Assembly (NCBI GenBank): GCA_963804975.1
Contig: CAWDSG010000001.1
Span: 118 to 64,117, forward strand
Source of the DNA: an uncultured bacterium
GTDB taxonomy: Bacteria > Patescibacteriota > Minisyncoccia > Phycocordibacterales > GWA1-40-21
DNA: 64,000 nucleotides
Direction of reading: 5' to 3'
The position numbers and the translations under genes were made by a program. The notes below the pieces were generated by a model that saw only the letters and a list, made by a program, of their open reading frames with translations, made no database searches and had not been told where the DNA came from. The first letter of the stretch is position 1. Each line of letters opens with the position of its first letter. Positions 39,701 to 48,973 of this stretch are shown here, piece after piece.

Positions 39701-40303
39701 ATGACTAAATCAATCGCAGAACAATCTAACGGCTTAAGTATCTTCTGGTTGAAGAAACACGGCTACCTAAACAAAGGGTCTAGCTATCAGTCTGGCGGTA
39801 TTACTTGGACCTATGGATATAGTGAAAATAAAAGCAGTATAAATTTCTCTATAATTAGAAACGACTTGGACACTCCAGAAGAAAGAGCTTATATAAATTT
39901 GAGATACACAAACACAAACAGATATTCTGGTGAAAAGGATGATATGGATTATAAAATTGAACTCACCACTACTCCCTGCCGATATGGAGGCAAGCGATAC
40001 TGGTTTATCTGTCCGTTGAGTAAAAATGGAAAGTATTGCGGGCGAAGAGTAGGAGTAATTTTCGGCATAGGCAAATGGTTCGGTTGCCGACACTGTGGAA
40101 ATATCGCCTATTCTAAACAAATGGAAGGTGGAAAATATAGGTGGAATGGAGTATCAATTCCAGACATAGAGAGAGCGGAGAAGGAAGTGAAACGATACTA
40201 TTACAAAGGAAAACCGACAAGAAAATACAGGCGAGTTTTGAGACTAAATGATAAATTTGAGGAAGGACTTATAGGAATGATGGGCAAACTAGGCAAAATA
40301 TAA
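39701..40303 (+). CDS. Hypothetical protein with Cys4 zinc-ribbon
   Basis: 200 aa; C..(x)..C ... CRHCGN. Confidence 0.35.
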   Translation: MTKSIAEQSNGLSIFWLKKHGYLNKGSSYQSGGITWTYGYSENKSSINFSIIRNDLDTPEERAYINLRYTNTNRYSGEKDDMDYKIELTTTPCRYGGKRYWFICPLSKNGKYCGRRVGVIFGIGKWFGCRHCGNIAYSKQMEGGKYRWNGVSIPDIERAEKEVKRYYYKGKPTRKYRRVLRLNDKFEEGLIGMMGKLGKI

Positions 40304-40444
40304 AACTATGACTTTAATAATAAATAATGTTATAATGTCTGTGTTGTTCCAGTTAGTAATGTATGCAGAAAACACGGGGTATTTTTATGGACAAAACGGA
40401 ACCCGAGAGGGGCGGTTTGCTAACTGTTTTGTCAATCCTCGTGA

Positions 40445-42118
40445 TTGCATCATAGCTGGAACAACCAGACCGTCCCTTTCGGGTTTTTATATATAAAAAA
40501 TATGAAAGAAGAAAATAAAAAAATAATATACTTTCTCTACGCAAGAAAATCATCAGAGAGCGAGGACAGACAGGTCCAGTCTATTGAGGACCAAATCAAT
40601 CGCCTAAAAATACTAGCGAATGACCTTGGCATTTCAATTAAAGAAATACTTACGGAGTCAAAATCAGCAAAGAAACCGAATAATCGTCCTGTGTTTACAA
40701 GTATGCTTGAAAGAATTGAGAAAGGAGAAGCTCAAGGTATTCTCTGTTGGCAAATAAATCGTCTATCACGAAATCCCGTAGATAGCGGAACTCTTGGCTG
40801 GATGCTCCAACAAGGTGCTCTGAAATCAATCCAAACAATAGACCGACAATATCTGCCAGATGATAATGTTCTTCTTTTCAGTGTTGAAAGCGGAATGGCA
40901 AATCAATTCATAATAGACCTAAAGAAAAATAGTATGCGTGGAATGGTTGGTAAAGCGGACCGAGGATGGCTTCCTTCTCGGGCTCCGATAGGATACTTGA
41001 ACGATAAACTTGAACACACGATTATTGAGGATGCACAAAGATTTCATCTGGTCCGAAAAATGTGGGATATGATGCTCACTGGAAACTATACTCCTCCACA
41101 GATAAGAGAAATTGCGAATAATAAATGGGGATTTTTAACTGCAAAGACAAAAAGAGATGGCGGTGTTGAACTGGTGAACAGTGTAATTTATAAAATGTTC
41201 ACAAATATATTCTACACTGGGATGTTTTCGTGGGCTGGAAAAGTTTATCAAGGAAATCACAAGCCGATGATTACTTTGGAAGAATACGACAGAGTGCAAG
41301 TAATTCTTGGAAGAAAAGGCAAGCCGAGAGGACAAACACACGAATTTGCTTACACTGGAGTTATAACCTGCGGTCTTTGTGGTGGAATGATTACAGCAAC
41401 AGAAAAAATGAAAATAGTGAAAACCACTGGGAAGTTAAAAAATTACATTTACTATCACTGCGGACATAAGAAAAAAGATATTGAGTGCAACCAAGAAAGA
41501 ATAACTTTGAAAGAACTTGAAGAACAAATTGATATTGAACTTGAACGAAATACCATCCTACCAAAATTCCAACAATGGGCTCTTGAAATTCTTAATAAAC
41601 ATAATGATAAAGAAATTGAAGAAAGGACCAAGGTATATGAAAACTTACACAAAGCACTTTCTGAAACACAAAAAGAACTTGATACTCTCACAAAGATGAG
41701 ATACCGAGAACTTATTGATGATGAGACATTTATAAAAGATGGAGACGAACTGAAAGCAAAGATTTTGAGAACTAAAACAAATCTACGAGAAACAGAGAGC
41801 AGAGCAGAGAAATGGCTTGAGCTTACAGAAAAAACTTTCACTTTCGCTTGTTATGCACGCAAGGAGTTTATTCTTGGTGGCTTGGATAAGAAAAGAGAGA
41901 TACTCTCGGCACTTGGGCAGAACTTTTCTTTGAAAGACAAAAAAATCGTTATAACACCTAACGAATGGTTCGTTCCAATAGAAAAGGCATATCCTGCGTT
42001 AGAAGCCGAATATAAACGGGTAGAACTGGATAAAAACCTAACAGATACAATGCGAAATGAGCTTTTTGCACAACTTATTCTCTCTTGGGGTGACTATCGG
42101 GAGTTGAACCCGAACTAA
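40445..42118 (+). CDS. Large serine recombinase (resolvase catalytic domain + recombinase domain + zinc ribbon)
   Basis: 557 aa; YARKSSESEDRQ catalytic Ser region, RLSRN, CGLCGG...YYHCGHK zinc ribbon; last codons overlap tRNA-His. Confidence 0.88.
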   Translation: MHHSWNNQTVPFGFLYIKNMKEENKKIIYFLYARKSSESEDRQVQSIEDQINRLKILANDLGISIKEILTESKSAKKPNNRPVFTSMLERIEKGEAQGILCWQINRLSRNPVDSGTLGWMLQQGALKSIQTIDRQYLPDDNVLLFSVESGMANQFIIDLKKNSMRGMVGKADRGWLPSRAPIGYLNDKLEHTIIEDAQRFHLVRKMWDMMLTGNYTPPQIREIANNKWGFLTAKTKRDGGVELVNSVIYKMFTNIFYTGMFSWAGKVYQGNHKPMITLEEYDRVQVILGRKGKPRGQTHEFAYTGVITCGLCGGMITATEKMKIVKTTGKLKNYIYYHCGHKKKDIECNQERITLKELEEQIDIELERNTILPKFQQWALEILNKHNDKEIEERTKVYENLHKALSETQKELDTLTKMRYRELIDDETFIKDGDELKAKILRTKTNLRETESRAEKWLELTEKTFTFACYARKEFILGGLDKKREILSALGQNFSLKDKKIVITPNEWFVPIEKAYPALEAEYKRVELDKNLTDTMRNELFAQLILSWGDYRELNPN

Positions 42119-42160
42119 AAGCTCCACAGGCTTCTGTGCTACCGCTACACCATAGTCACC
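42086..42160 (-). tRNA. tRNA-His (GUG) with encoded G-1 and CCA
   Basis: reverse complement gGTGACTATGGTGTAGCGGTAGCACAGAAGCCTGTGGAGCTTTTAGTTCGGGTTCAACTCCCGATAGTCACCCCA; anticodon loop CTGTGGA; extra 5-prime G pairing with C73 is His-specific. Confidence 0.85.
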
Positions 42161-42219
42161 ATTAATCCTTGCAGGACTTAGGTATTTATAACAGATTTTT
42201 ACAATAAAATCTAGGTTTT

Positions 42220-42765
42220 TTAATATTTTGGAGCTTCTTCTGCACCGGATTCTTTAGCGGAAAATCTTGCAAGAGCATACAACAAGCTTGATAAGCGATT
42301 CAAATAAACTAATGTTTCAGAATCAATTTTAGCAATATTTTCATCACTGACTGCCACAACTCTCCTTTCCGCTCTTCGCGCAATTGTCCTTGCAAAATCA
42401 AAATGCGCTGAAATTTCATTCGCTCCGGGAATCAGGAAACTTTTTATCGGCAGCAATTCTTTTTCTATTTCCGCAATGATTTTTTCCAATTGTTCGGTTT
42501 CCCCTTCGGCGATTTTTTTATCCGCTCCGGCAACCTGCGCCTGAATAATAAAAAGATTGTTCTGGATTTTATTTATAATTTCAAGAATTTCTGCATTTAA
42601 TATTTTATGCTTAAAATCCTTAACTACTGCTTTACAAATACCTAAAAAGGAATTGGTTTCGTCAAGCGAGCCGAGCGCTTCGGTGATTGCCGAACTTTTT
42701 GAAATTTTCTGGTCGCATCCGAATGTTCCGGTTTTTCCTTTATCGCCTTTTCTCGTATATAACAT
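42220..42765 (-). CDS. PduO-type ATP:cob(I)alamin adenosyltransferase (start at MLYTRKGDKGKTG)
   Basis: YTRKGDKGKTG P-loop-like N-terminus and EALGSLDETNSF motif of MMAB/PduO family. Confidence 0.75.
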   Translation of the reverse strand: MLYTRKGDKGKTGTFGCDQKISKSSAITEALGSLDETNSFLGICKAVVKDFKHKILNAEILEIINKIQNNLFIIQAQVAGADKKIAEGETEQLEKIIAEIEKELLPIKSFLIPGANEISAHFDFARTIARRAERRVVAVSDENIAKIDSETLVYLNRLSSLLYALARFSAKESGAEEAPKY

Positions 42766-42859
42766 AAAAACAAGTATATAATATTTGCAATGAAGTAAAA
42801 AGAGCGGCAAGCCCGAAGGGCTTGTCGCTCTTTTTAAAATTTAGCTTTTTCGAATTTTT

Positions 42860-43117
42860 TTAAATTTTTTCAATGATTGAACCGACTTTCGCCTTATTTG
42901 AAATTTTTATCGCAACTTCCTGGCCTTTTTTGGCTGATTCCAGATCCTTATGGTCCAATTGCATTGAAATTACGGTATCCTCAACCTCGCTATCGCCATG
43001 CTTGACTTTAATCTTGTCTCCGACAGAAAGACCTTTGGAAAGTTTTACCACTGCAACGCCGATATGATCGTACCAGTGCGTTACTTCACCTGCAGCATTA
43101 TTTTTTTCTTTAGCCAT
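42860..43117 (-). CDS. Small hypothetical protein (beta-barrel-like)
   Basis: 85 aa ORF. Confidence 0.3.
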   Translation of the reverse strand: MAKEKNNAAGEVTHWYDHIGVAVVKLSKGLSVGDKIKVKHGDSEVEDTVISMQLDHKDLESAKKGQEVAIKISNKAKVGSIIEKI

Positions 43118-43181
43118 AAAATTTCTTGATTAACTTTACCATTAAATCGACCTTTATAATATATAATATATTTGACTTTTG

Positions 43182-43264
43182 TGCACGAGGCGGGATTTGA
43201 ACCCGCATACCCTTGCGGGCGCTACCACCTCAAGGTAGTGCGTCTACCAATTTCGCCACCCGTG
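43182..43264 (-). tRNA. tRNA-Leu (GAG), long variable arm
   Basis: rc GCACGGGTGGCGAAATTGGTAGACGCACTACCTTGAGGTGGTAGCGCCCGCAAGGGTATGCGGGTTCAAATCCCGCCTCGTGCA; anticodon loop TTGAGGT. Confidence 0.85.
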
Positions 43265-43349
43265 CGTTAGAAACCCATAATATAATTTATTTGGGCTTTT
43301 TTCAAGTAAAAATCGCTCTGGCGAGAGCGATTTTATCGTGATTTTTAAA

Positions 43350-43787
43350 CTATTTATCGAGCGAATTTTTATCAGTTTTTTTCTCCGTTTCCACTCTTTT
43401 TGTATCCGTATTGCTTCCTTTTCTCGCTTCCAGAAGCTCGCTTTTCAAATGCCTTCTCAATTCTTTGGTGGCTTTTTCCCTGACATAATAAAGCTTTGAT
43501 CTTCTGACCTGGGCCCTCTTCAGAATCTCTATTGAATCGATTGCCGGTGAATAAAGCGGAAAAATCCTTTCAACTCCTATTTCATCAACAACCTTTCTCA
43601 CGGTAAAAGTTCCGCCCGCTTCTCTGCCGTGTTTTACCGCAAGGACCATTCCTTCAAATGCCTGTAACCTCGTCTTGTCGCCTTCTTTGATTTTCTGCCA
43701 TACGCGGACAGTGTCGCCGGATTGCATTCCTGTGTTCTTTCTTTCTTCCATATTCACCGGTGAAATTTTTATATTTTTCAATTCCAT
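43350..43787 (-). CDS. rplS: 50S ribosomal protein L19
   Basis: 145 aa; [42 protein letters not shown]. Confidence 0.9.
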   Translation of the reverse strand: MELKNIKISPVNMEERKNTGMQSGDTVRVWQKIKEGDKTRLQAFEGMVLAVKHGREAGGTFTVRKVVDEIGVERIFPLYSPAIDSIEILKRAQVRRSKLYYVREKATKELRRHLKSELLEARKGSNTDTKRVETEKKTDKNSLDK

Positions 43788-43827
43788 AGCCCTAATAACT
43801 TAACATATTAAATTGCCGTTAGCAATA

Positions 43828-44559
43828 TCATTTTTTTTGAATTTTCTTGATTGCTTCTTCAAAATCTTTCGGATAAGGAGCGATTATGTCCAGTAATTTT
43901 CCTGACGGCAAAGTTATTTCCAATTCCCGCGCATGAAGCGCCAATCTCTTGAATCCCAGCTGGTTTCTCTGCTTCAAATAAAAATTTGTGGCATAAAGCT
44001 CGTCTTTCACCACCGGATGATCTATTGCCTTGAAATGAACTCTGATTTGGTGGGTTCTTCCTGTTTTAGGAATCGCTTCCAAAAAAGTCATATTATTTTT
44101 TCTTTTTAAAACTTTGAAATATGTCACCGCTTCGCGCATCTCGCCCCTCGCTCCTCTTTGCGCCGACCATCTGCGGACATCGTTCGGGCTTCTGCCGATT
44201 TTCCTGTCTATCATTCCCCTGTTTTCTTTTATATTTCCATAAACAAAAATATTGTAAACTTTATGGACTTTCCGACTTTGGAATTGATTTTTCAAAAACT
44301 CGTATGACTTTTTGTTTTTGGCGATTATAAGCACACCGGAAGTTTCTTTATCGATTCTATGCACTATTCCCGGCCTCAATATTTTTGTCCTGTCGTCCAA
44401 AACCATCGGCTCGCCGACATTTTTTATCCGCGGATATTTTTGCAAAATCCAATCAACCAGAGTTTTTTCTTTGCTCTTTCCGTCATTATGAACATTCAAA
44501 CCGGCCGGCTTGTTTATCACAATGACGTCTTTGTCTTCATAAAGAATTGGAATTTTCAT
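43828..44559 (-). CDS. RluA-family pseudouridine synthase
   Basis: 243 aa; HRIDKETSGVLIIAKN catalytic Asp motif. Confidence 0.8.
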   Translation of the reverse strand: MKIPILYEDKDVIVINKPAGLNVHNDGKSKEKTLVDWILQKYPRIKNVGEPMVLDDRTKILRPGIVHRIDKETSGVLIIAKNKKSYEFLKNQFQSRKVHKVYNIFVYGNIKENRGMIDRKIGRSPNDVRRWSAQRGARGEMREAVTYFKVLKRKNNMTFLEAIPKTGRTHQIRVHFKAIDHPVVKDELYATNFYLKQRNQLGFKRLALHARELEITLPSGKLLDIIAPYPKDFEEAIKKIQKK

Positions 44560-44563
44560 AATG

Positions 44564-44637
44564 TGGGCGCTAAGGGATTCGAACCCCTGGCCTTCTCAGT
44601 GTAAATGAGACGCTCTAACCAACTGAGCTAAGCGCCC
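44564..44637 (-). tRNA. tRNA-Val (UAC)
   Basis: rc GGGCGCTTAGCTCAGTTGGTTAGAGCGTCTCATTTACACTGAGAAGGCCAGGGGTTCGAATCCCTTAGCGCCCA; loop TTTACAC. Confidence 0.85.
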
Positions 44638-44667
44638 GATATTTAAATTATCAAAAAATTTCGCATG

Positions 44668-44739
44668 TGCCTCCGGCAGGAATCGAACCTACATCAAAGC
44701 CTTAGAAGAGCTTTGTTCTGTCCATTGAACTACGGAGGC
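44668..44739 (-). tRNA. tRNA-Arg (UCU)
   Basis: rc GCCTCCGTAGTTCAATGGACAGAACAAAGCTCTTCTAAGGCTTTGATGTAGGTTCGATTCCTGCCGGAGGCA; loop CTTCTAA. Confidence 0.85.
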
Positions 44740-44770
44740 ATCTCTTGAAAGCTAAAGCACTATAACAGGT

Positions 44771-45088
44771 TTACAAAGACGGGTCAATCAATTTCTGCAT
44801 TTTCAACTCCGCAGTATTTGCTTTTCTTGATTCAAAATCATTCACGACATTCTGAAGCGCAGCACCGCCAATCGTCTCAAGCTCTAGTTCGCTTTTCGGC
44901 ACGCTTACATACATATCCCCGCTTGCGATATTTTTATAGAGAGATGCGTCATACAAAGCCGCGCTGATAAGCATGACGAAAAATAATGCGAGTAATATCA
45001 TCCAATCTCTTTTTGGATTGACAATTTTATCCGATGCGAAAAATCGCTCCAGAAAATCATTTATAAAAGATAAATTCGTTTTTTTCAT
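44771..45088 (-). CDS. Small membrane protein (possible pilus-assembly accessory, PilP-like position)
   Basis: 105 aa, one TM; position downstream of pilMNO. Confidence 0.3.
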   Translation of the reverse strand: MKKTNLSFINDFLERFFASDKIVNPKRDWMILLALFFVMLISAALYDASLYKNIASGDMYVSVPKSELELETIGGAALQNVVNDFESRKANTAELKMQKLIDPSL

Positions 45089-45096
45089 TTTTTATA

Positions 45097-45657
45097 TTAA
45101 ATATCTTTAAACTTCACGACCGTAAAATCAATGTCAGCGGACCATTGCGGCACATCTTTGCCTTTGACGACATAATCGGTGAATTTTTTCAAAGATACGC
45201 TCCTGATATCGATCTTGAGAGGATAATTTTCAAGCAGTTGCAGGAAAAAATGAATATTGCTCCATGGGCCAAGAGCTGTGATTTTAACATCCAAAAGTTC
45301 GGCGTTAAAAGCCGACAAATTGTTTGATGATTCATAACTGATCGAGCCGACCTGCGATTTCAAACCGCTTGATGCGACTATGCTTTCCATAATTTTTATA
45401 AAATCTGCGACACTGTTACTTTTAACAATATATCCGGAGATCTTATCTTCATTCACTTGATTATCTTCAATGCTTTTTTGCGTCAGCGACAGTGATTCTT
45501 TCTTTTCGATTGCTGTTTTTATTTCATTCTGCTTCTGCATAGTTTCGGAAATCCTGTTTTTCATGAAAAAGAACATGCTGAAATAAACGCTCAGAGAAAA
45601 TAATGCCAGAATAAGCGTAAATGTGGCGAGTGCTTTTGTTTTTTTCTCGGGCATCAT
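45097..45657 (-). CDS. pilO: Type IV pilus assembly protein PilO-like
   Basis: 186 aa; N-terminal TM, coiled coil; in pilM-pilN-pilO order. Confidence 0.5.
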   Translation of the reverse strand: MMPEKKTKALATFTLILALFSLSVYFSMFFFMKNRISETMQKQNEIKTAIEKKESLSLTQKSIEDNQVNEDKISGYIVKSNSVADFIKIMESIVASSGLKSQVGSISYESSNNLSAFNAELLDVKITALGPWSNIHFFLQLLENYPLKIDIRSVSLKKFTDYVVKGKDVPQWSADIDFTVVKFKDI

Positions 45658-45661
45658 ATTT

Positions 45662-46207
45662 TTAATTTATCTTATACGAAAGCGTTATGGTAAACGAAGC
45701 TCCGGTACTCTGTATCAGGCTTGAGACAGGCAAAATTACATTTTGGAACGAACCCTCGCCTTTCAAATTGTTATAAAAAACCGTCAGGTCATCGCGATTT
45801 CCTGAAGTGCCGTTTATGACAATATTTTTAACGTTCGCGCCGGCATTAGACGATATCGAGATAGCCGATATGGTGATGTTAGAATTTTTCAATGAAATGA
45901 TTTTATCGATAAGATCTGTAGTAAGAGCGCTTTCTGATTTGCCATAGGAAAGGGCATTCGCCATTCCGTTTATTTTTTTGACGATCGATGATGAATTTTC
46001 GTATTTGTCCGCATTGGTAAGATTCACAGACTGCGCCTGATCACCGATCGTCTTGTATTTATATTCCGCAAAGAAAAAAGACGGTAAAAAAAACGCAATT
46101 AACACGAAAGATGACGCAAATACGAATAAAAGCAGAAAAATTGATGTTCTGAGCATATACTCGGTGACAATTTGTTTCCTGTTTTTTTGTAAAAGGAAAT
46201 GCAGCAT
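45662..46207 (-). CDS. pilN: Type IV pilus assembly protein PilN-like (start trimmed to internal Met to avoid 190-nt overlap with pilM)
   Basis: basic N-terminus + single TM + periplasmic domain. Confidence 0.5.
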   Translation of the reverse strand: MLHFLLQKNRKQIVTEYMLRTSIFLLLFVFASSFVLIAFFLPSFFFAEYKYKTIGDQAQSVNLTNADKYENSSSIVKKINGMANALSYGKSESALTTDLIDKIISLKNSNITISAISISSNAGANVKNIVINGTSGNRDDLTVFYNNLKGEGSFQNVILPVSSLIQSTGASFTITLSYKIN

Positions 46208-46211
46208 AATA

Positions 46212-47201
46212 TTACGAATTCGCAAGGCCGATAGCGGCAGCAAAATCCAAAGAATTTTCAAATGAAACACGCGGCAAGCGATTATTAATATCAAAAATGT
46301 TGCTCCAAACATTTGCAAGCGTAACTTTTGTGTTTGTATTTTTACTGACATTGCCTGCAAAATCAGGTAAAGCGGCGCTACTCCCGCAAAGAATGATCCC
46401 ATCGATCATGCTGGGTAAAAGAATTCCTTTTCCTTCGGATTTGGACAATAAATATTCGCCGAATTTTTTTATTTCTTCATTTATTGAAGAAAAAATATCT
46501 GTTTTTGACGCATTTTCTTTTACGGCGGAATCGCCAACGGAAACCGTAGATGTAAATCGCACGATTCCGGATACCACAAGAAATAGCCGCGCCGAATTCT
46601 CTTTTATATCAATGATCAAAAAAGTTCCATTTTCCTTCTCCGGCACGACAGATTTCGCCACCATCCGAGATTCCATTTCAAAACTTATTGGAGACAGGCC
46701 GGCAAGAATACATACCTCGGAAAAACTCTCAATGATTTTTTTCGGAATTACGGAAATACTGGCTGTCATATTGCGGATACCGCTTTTTTCGTCTTTTTCT
46801 ATCGTATCATACTCAAAATAAACTTCGTTAACTTTAAATGGAACATTTTCTTCAAGTTTGAATTCTATGGATTCCCTTATATTTGATCCCTTTACAAGAG
46901 GAATCTGCGTATCAAAAATATATGTCTTTTCGTCAGGTATGGAAATTTTCACGAAATCGGACGAAATTTTCTTTTTGACTTCGGATAGGGCTTTTACCAG
47001 GGTATTTTTATCGATAATTTCGCCGTTTTTGACGATATTTGGTAGAAGTGAAACTTCGCCAAAATTTTTTATTGAAAGATTCCCTTTTGAATCTGAAAAT
47101 TCAATGTATCGGACAGATCGATTGTTTATATCGATGCCGGCTGCCTTCATTGAAAGATATCGCGGAGGATAAAAAAGCTTTTTGAAAAAGTTTATCTTCA
47201 T
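46212..47201 (-). CDS. pilM: Type IV pilus assembly protein PilM (actin-like ATPase fold)
   Basis: 329 aa; PilM-like N-terminus binding PilN, FtsA/actin fold. Confidence 0.6.
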   Translation of the reverse strand: MKINFFKKLFYPPRYLSMKAAGIDINNRSVRYIEFSDSKGNLSIKNFGEVSLLPNIVKNGEIIDKNTLVKALSEVKKKISSDFVKISIPDEKTYIFDTQIPLVKGSNIRESIEFKLEENVPFKVNEVYFEYDTIEKDEKSGIRNMTASISVIPKKIIESFSEVCILAGLSPISFEMESRMVAKSVVPEKENGTFLIIDIKENSARLFLVVSGIVRFTSTVSVGDSAVKENASKTDIFSSINEEIKKFGEYLLSKSEGKGILLPSMIDGIILCGSSAALPDFAGNVSKNTNTKVTLANVWSNIFDINNRLPRVSFENSLDFAAAIGLANS

Positions 47202-47239
47202 ATGAACTATGAATAATTATAGCAGGAAATCACTTTATT

Positions 47240-47848
47240 TTAAACTTTCTTTTTCGCCTTTATGATCTCAAAAATCACCGGCAAAAAGGAAATGAAAATT
47301 ATAATAAGAACGACTGGCAACAGGTATGCGTCAAAATTCGGAATAATCCGCCCGAGGAAAAAACCTGCCAAGACCACGATGAAAGACCAGACGAATCCGC
47401 CGGTTATGTTATACATGAGAAATTCCTTGTATTTCATATTGCCAACACCCGCAAGTATGGGAGCGAATGTCCTGACAACCGGCACGAATCTCGCCAGAAA
47501 AATCGTCTTGTTGCCGTATTTGTTATAAAAATCTTCCGTGGTTTTAACATGTTTTTTGCTGAAAAAAAACGAATCTTCCTTGCTGAAAATCTTGACGCCG
47601 ATTTTCCTGCCAAACCAGTATCCGACACTGTCGCCGAGAATTGCGCATAGAAAAACTCCCCAAAGCACAAGCTGGATATTTAAAATATCCTGCGAAGCCA
47701 GAAAACCTGCCGTGAAAAGAAGCGAATCGCCGGGAAAGAAAAAGCCGAAAAATAAGCCCGACTCGGCAAAAACAATAAAAAATAATCCGGCGATGCCGAG
47801 AGTTTTTATAATTGTTATCGGTTCAAGGAAACTTAAGATGTTATGCAT
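47240..47848 (-). CDS. DedA/SNARE-associated family membrane protein
   Basis: 202 aa; GFFFPGDSLLFTAGFLAS and FVPVVRTFAPILAG motifs. Confidence 0.75.
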   Translation of the reverse strand: MHNILSFLEPITIIKTLGIAGLFFIVFAESGLFFGFFFPGDSLLFTAGFLASQDILNIQLVLWGVFLCAILGDSVGYWFGRKIGVKIFSKEDSFFFSKKHVKTTEDFYNKYGNKTIFLARFVPVVRTFAPILAGVGNMKYKEFLMYNITGGFVWSFIVVLAGFFLGRIIPNFDAYLLPVVLIIIFISFLPVIFEIIKAKKKV

Positions 47849-47860
47849 TTGTTTTTGATT

Positions 47861-48619
47861 TTAACTGAGTTCCGTTCCTTCTTTTATAAAATCCGGCACT
47901 TCAAGTATCGCCAGCTTGTCATCGGTCTTTGCCGCAAGAATCATTCCGTTGCTCAAAAGTCCCATCAAAGTTTTCGGTTCAAGATTTGTGGCAAAAACCG
48001 CTTTCTTGCCGGCAAGATTTTGGATATCCGAAAAAAATGGCGCGATTCCCGAAACAATCTGCCTTGGCGCTCCTTCGGCGAAATCCACGGAAAGTTTCAG
48101 AAGCTTGTCCGAACCTTCCACCGGCTCCGCAGAAAGTATTTTGCCGATTTTCATCTCAACTTTCTTGAAATCATCATAAGTAATTTTTTTATTTTGGCTT
48201 TTTTCCGCTTGTTTTTTCTTTTCCTGTCTGGCTTTTTCCTTGTCCAAAAAGGTCTGGAGAATTATGGAAGCGGCGGAAGCGTCAAGCATATCCGTCTTGC
48301 CGAAAGTTTTTTCAACTTGCATTGAAGACATGAATTCGCTTTCCAAAAATACCGGCAATTTAAGCTTCACCGACAAATCTTTCTTAAAAGAGATTATTTG
48401 AGGATTTATTTTATTGTCTTCTCCTTTGTAATTTTTTGATTCGCCAAGAACGATCGCTTCAACGGAAAGTTCTTTGCACATTTCGAATATTTTTTCCAGA
48501 AGTCCTTTATTTTCAAGCACAATCTTGGGAAAAGCGATTTTGCCTTCCACATCGGAAACCGCAATTCCTACTCTTTTTTTGCCATAATCTATGCCGAGAT
48601 ATTTCATATCATTGAACAA
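47861..48619 (-). CDS. Fusion protein: RuvX/YqgF-like pre-16S rRNA nuclease (N) + tRNA-binding Myf/CsaA-type OB domain (C)
   Basis: N: MKYLGIDYGKKRVGIAVSD..IVLGESKNYKGE; K-rich linker; C: KVEMKIGKILSAEPVEGSDKLLKLSVDFAEG...IVSGIA..NLEPKTLMGLLSNGMILAA. Confidence 0.7.
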   Translation of the reverse strand: MFNDMKYLGIDYGKKRVGIAVSDVEGKIAFPKIVLENKGLLEKIFEMCKELSVEAIVLGESKNYKGEDNKINPQIISFKKDLSVKLKLPVFLESEFMSSMQVEKTFGKTDMLDASAASIILQTFLDKEKARQEKKKQAEKSQNKKITYDDFKKVEMKIGKILSAEPVEGSDKLLKLSVDFAEGAPRQIVSGIAPFFSDIQNLAGKKAVFATNLEPKTLMGLLSNGMILAAKTDDKLAILEVPDFIKEGTELS

Positions 48620-48682
48620 TATATCATAATCGGCATTTTTTAGATATTTGATTTTTAAGATCTAATTTACTATAATTAATCC

Positions 48683-48919
48683 ATGGATACACAAGCAATA
48701 AACGCATCTATTATGTCTATTATGTCAGCGCATCCATGGCTCATCGCCGTCGTAATCTGGTCAGCTATCTGGAAGCTTATCGCGCTTTGGAAATCGGCAA
48801 GGAATAATCATATGACTATGTTTATTATCATTGCCATTTTAAACACAGCCGGAATATTGGAAATAATCTATCTGATCTGGCTTTATTACAGAAATAAGAA
48901 AAATCAAAAAACCGCTTAA
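48683..48919 (+). CDS. Small 2-TM membrane protein
   Basis: 78 aa ORF followed by terminator-like AAAACCGCTTAAAAACGGTTTTTT. Confidence 0.3.
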   Translation: MDTQAINASIMSIMSAHPWLIAVVIWSAIWKLIALWKSARNNHMTMFIIIAILNTAGILEIIYLIWLYYRNKKNQKTA

Positions 48920-48973
48920 AAACGGTTTTTTAAATTTCCTTTTTCGCTTTCATAATTATATAATCAGATAATT

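Noticed and set aside
46212-46402. 190-nt overlap between pilM and the pilN ORF as reported
   Set aside because: The overlap arises from an upstream out-of-frame extension of the pilN ORF. An internal Met (46207) gives a typical basic-N-terminus/TM PilN with a 6-nt overlap, so the feature was trimmed.
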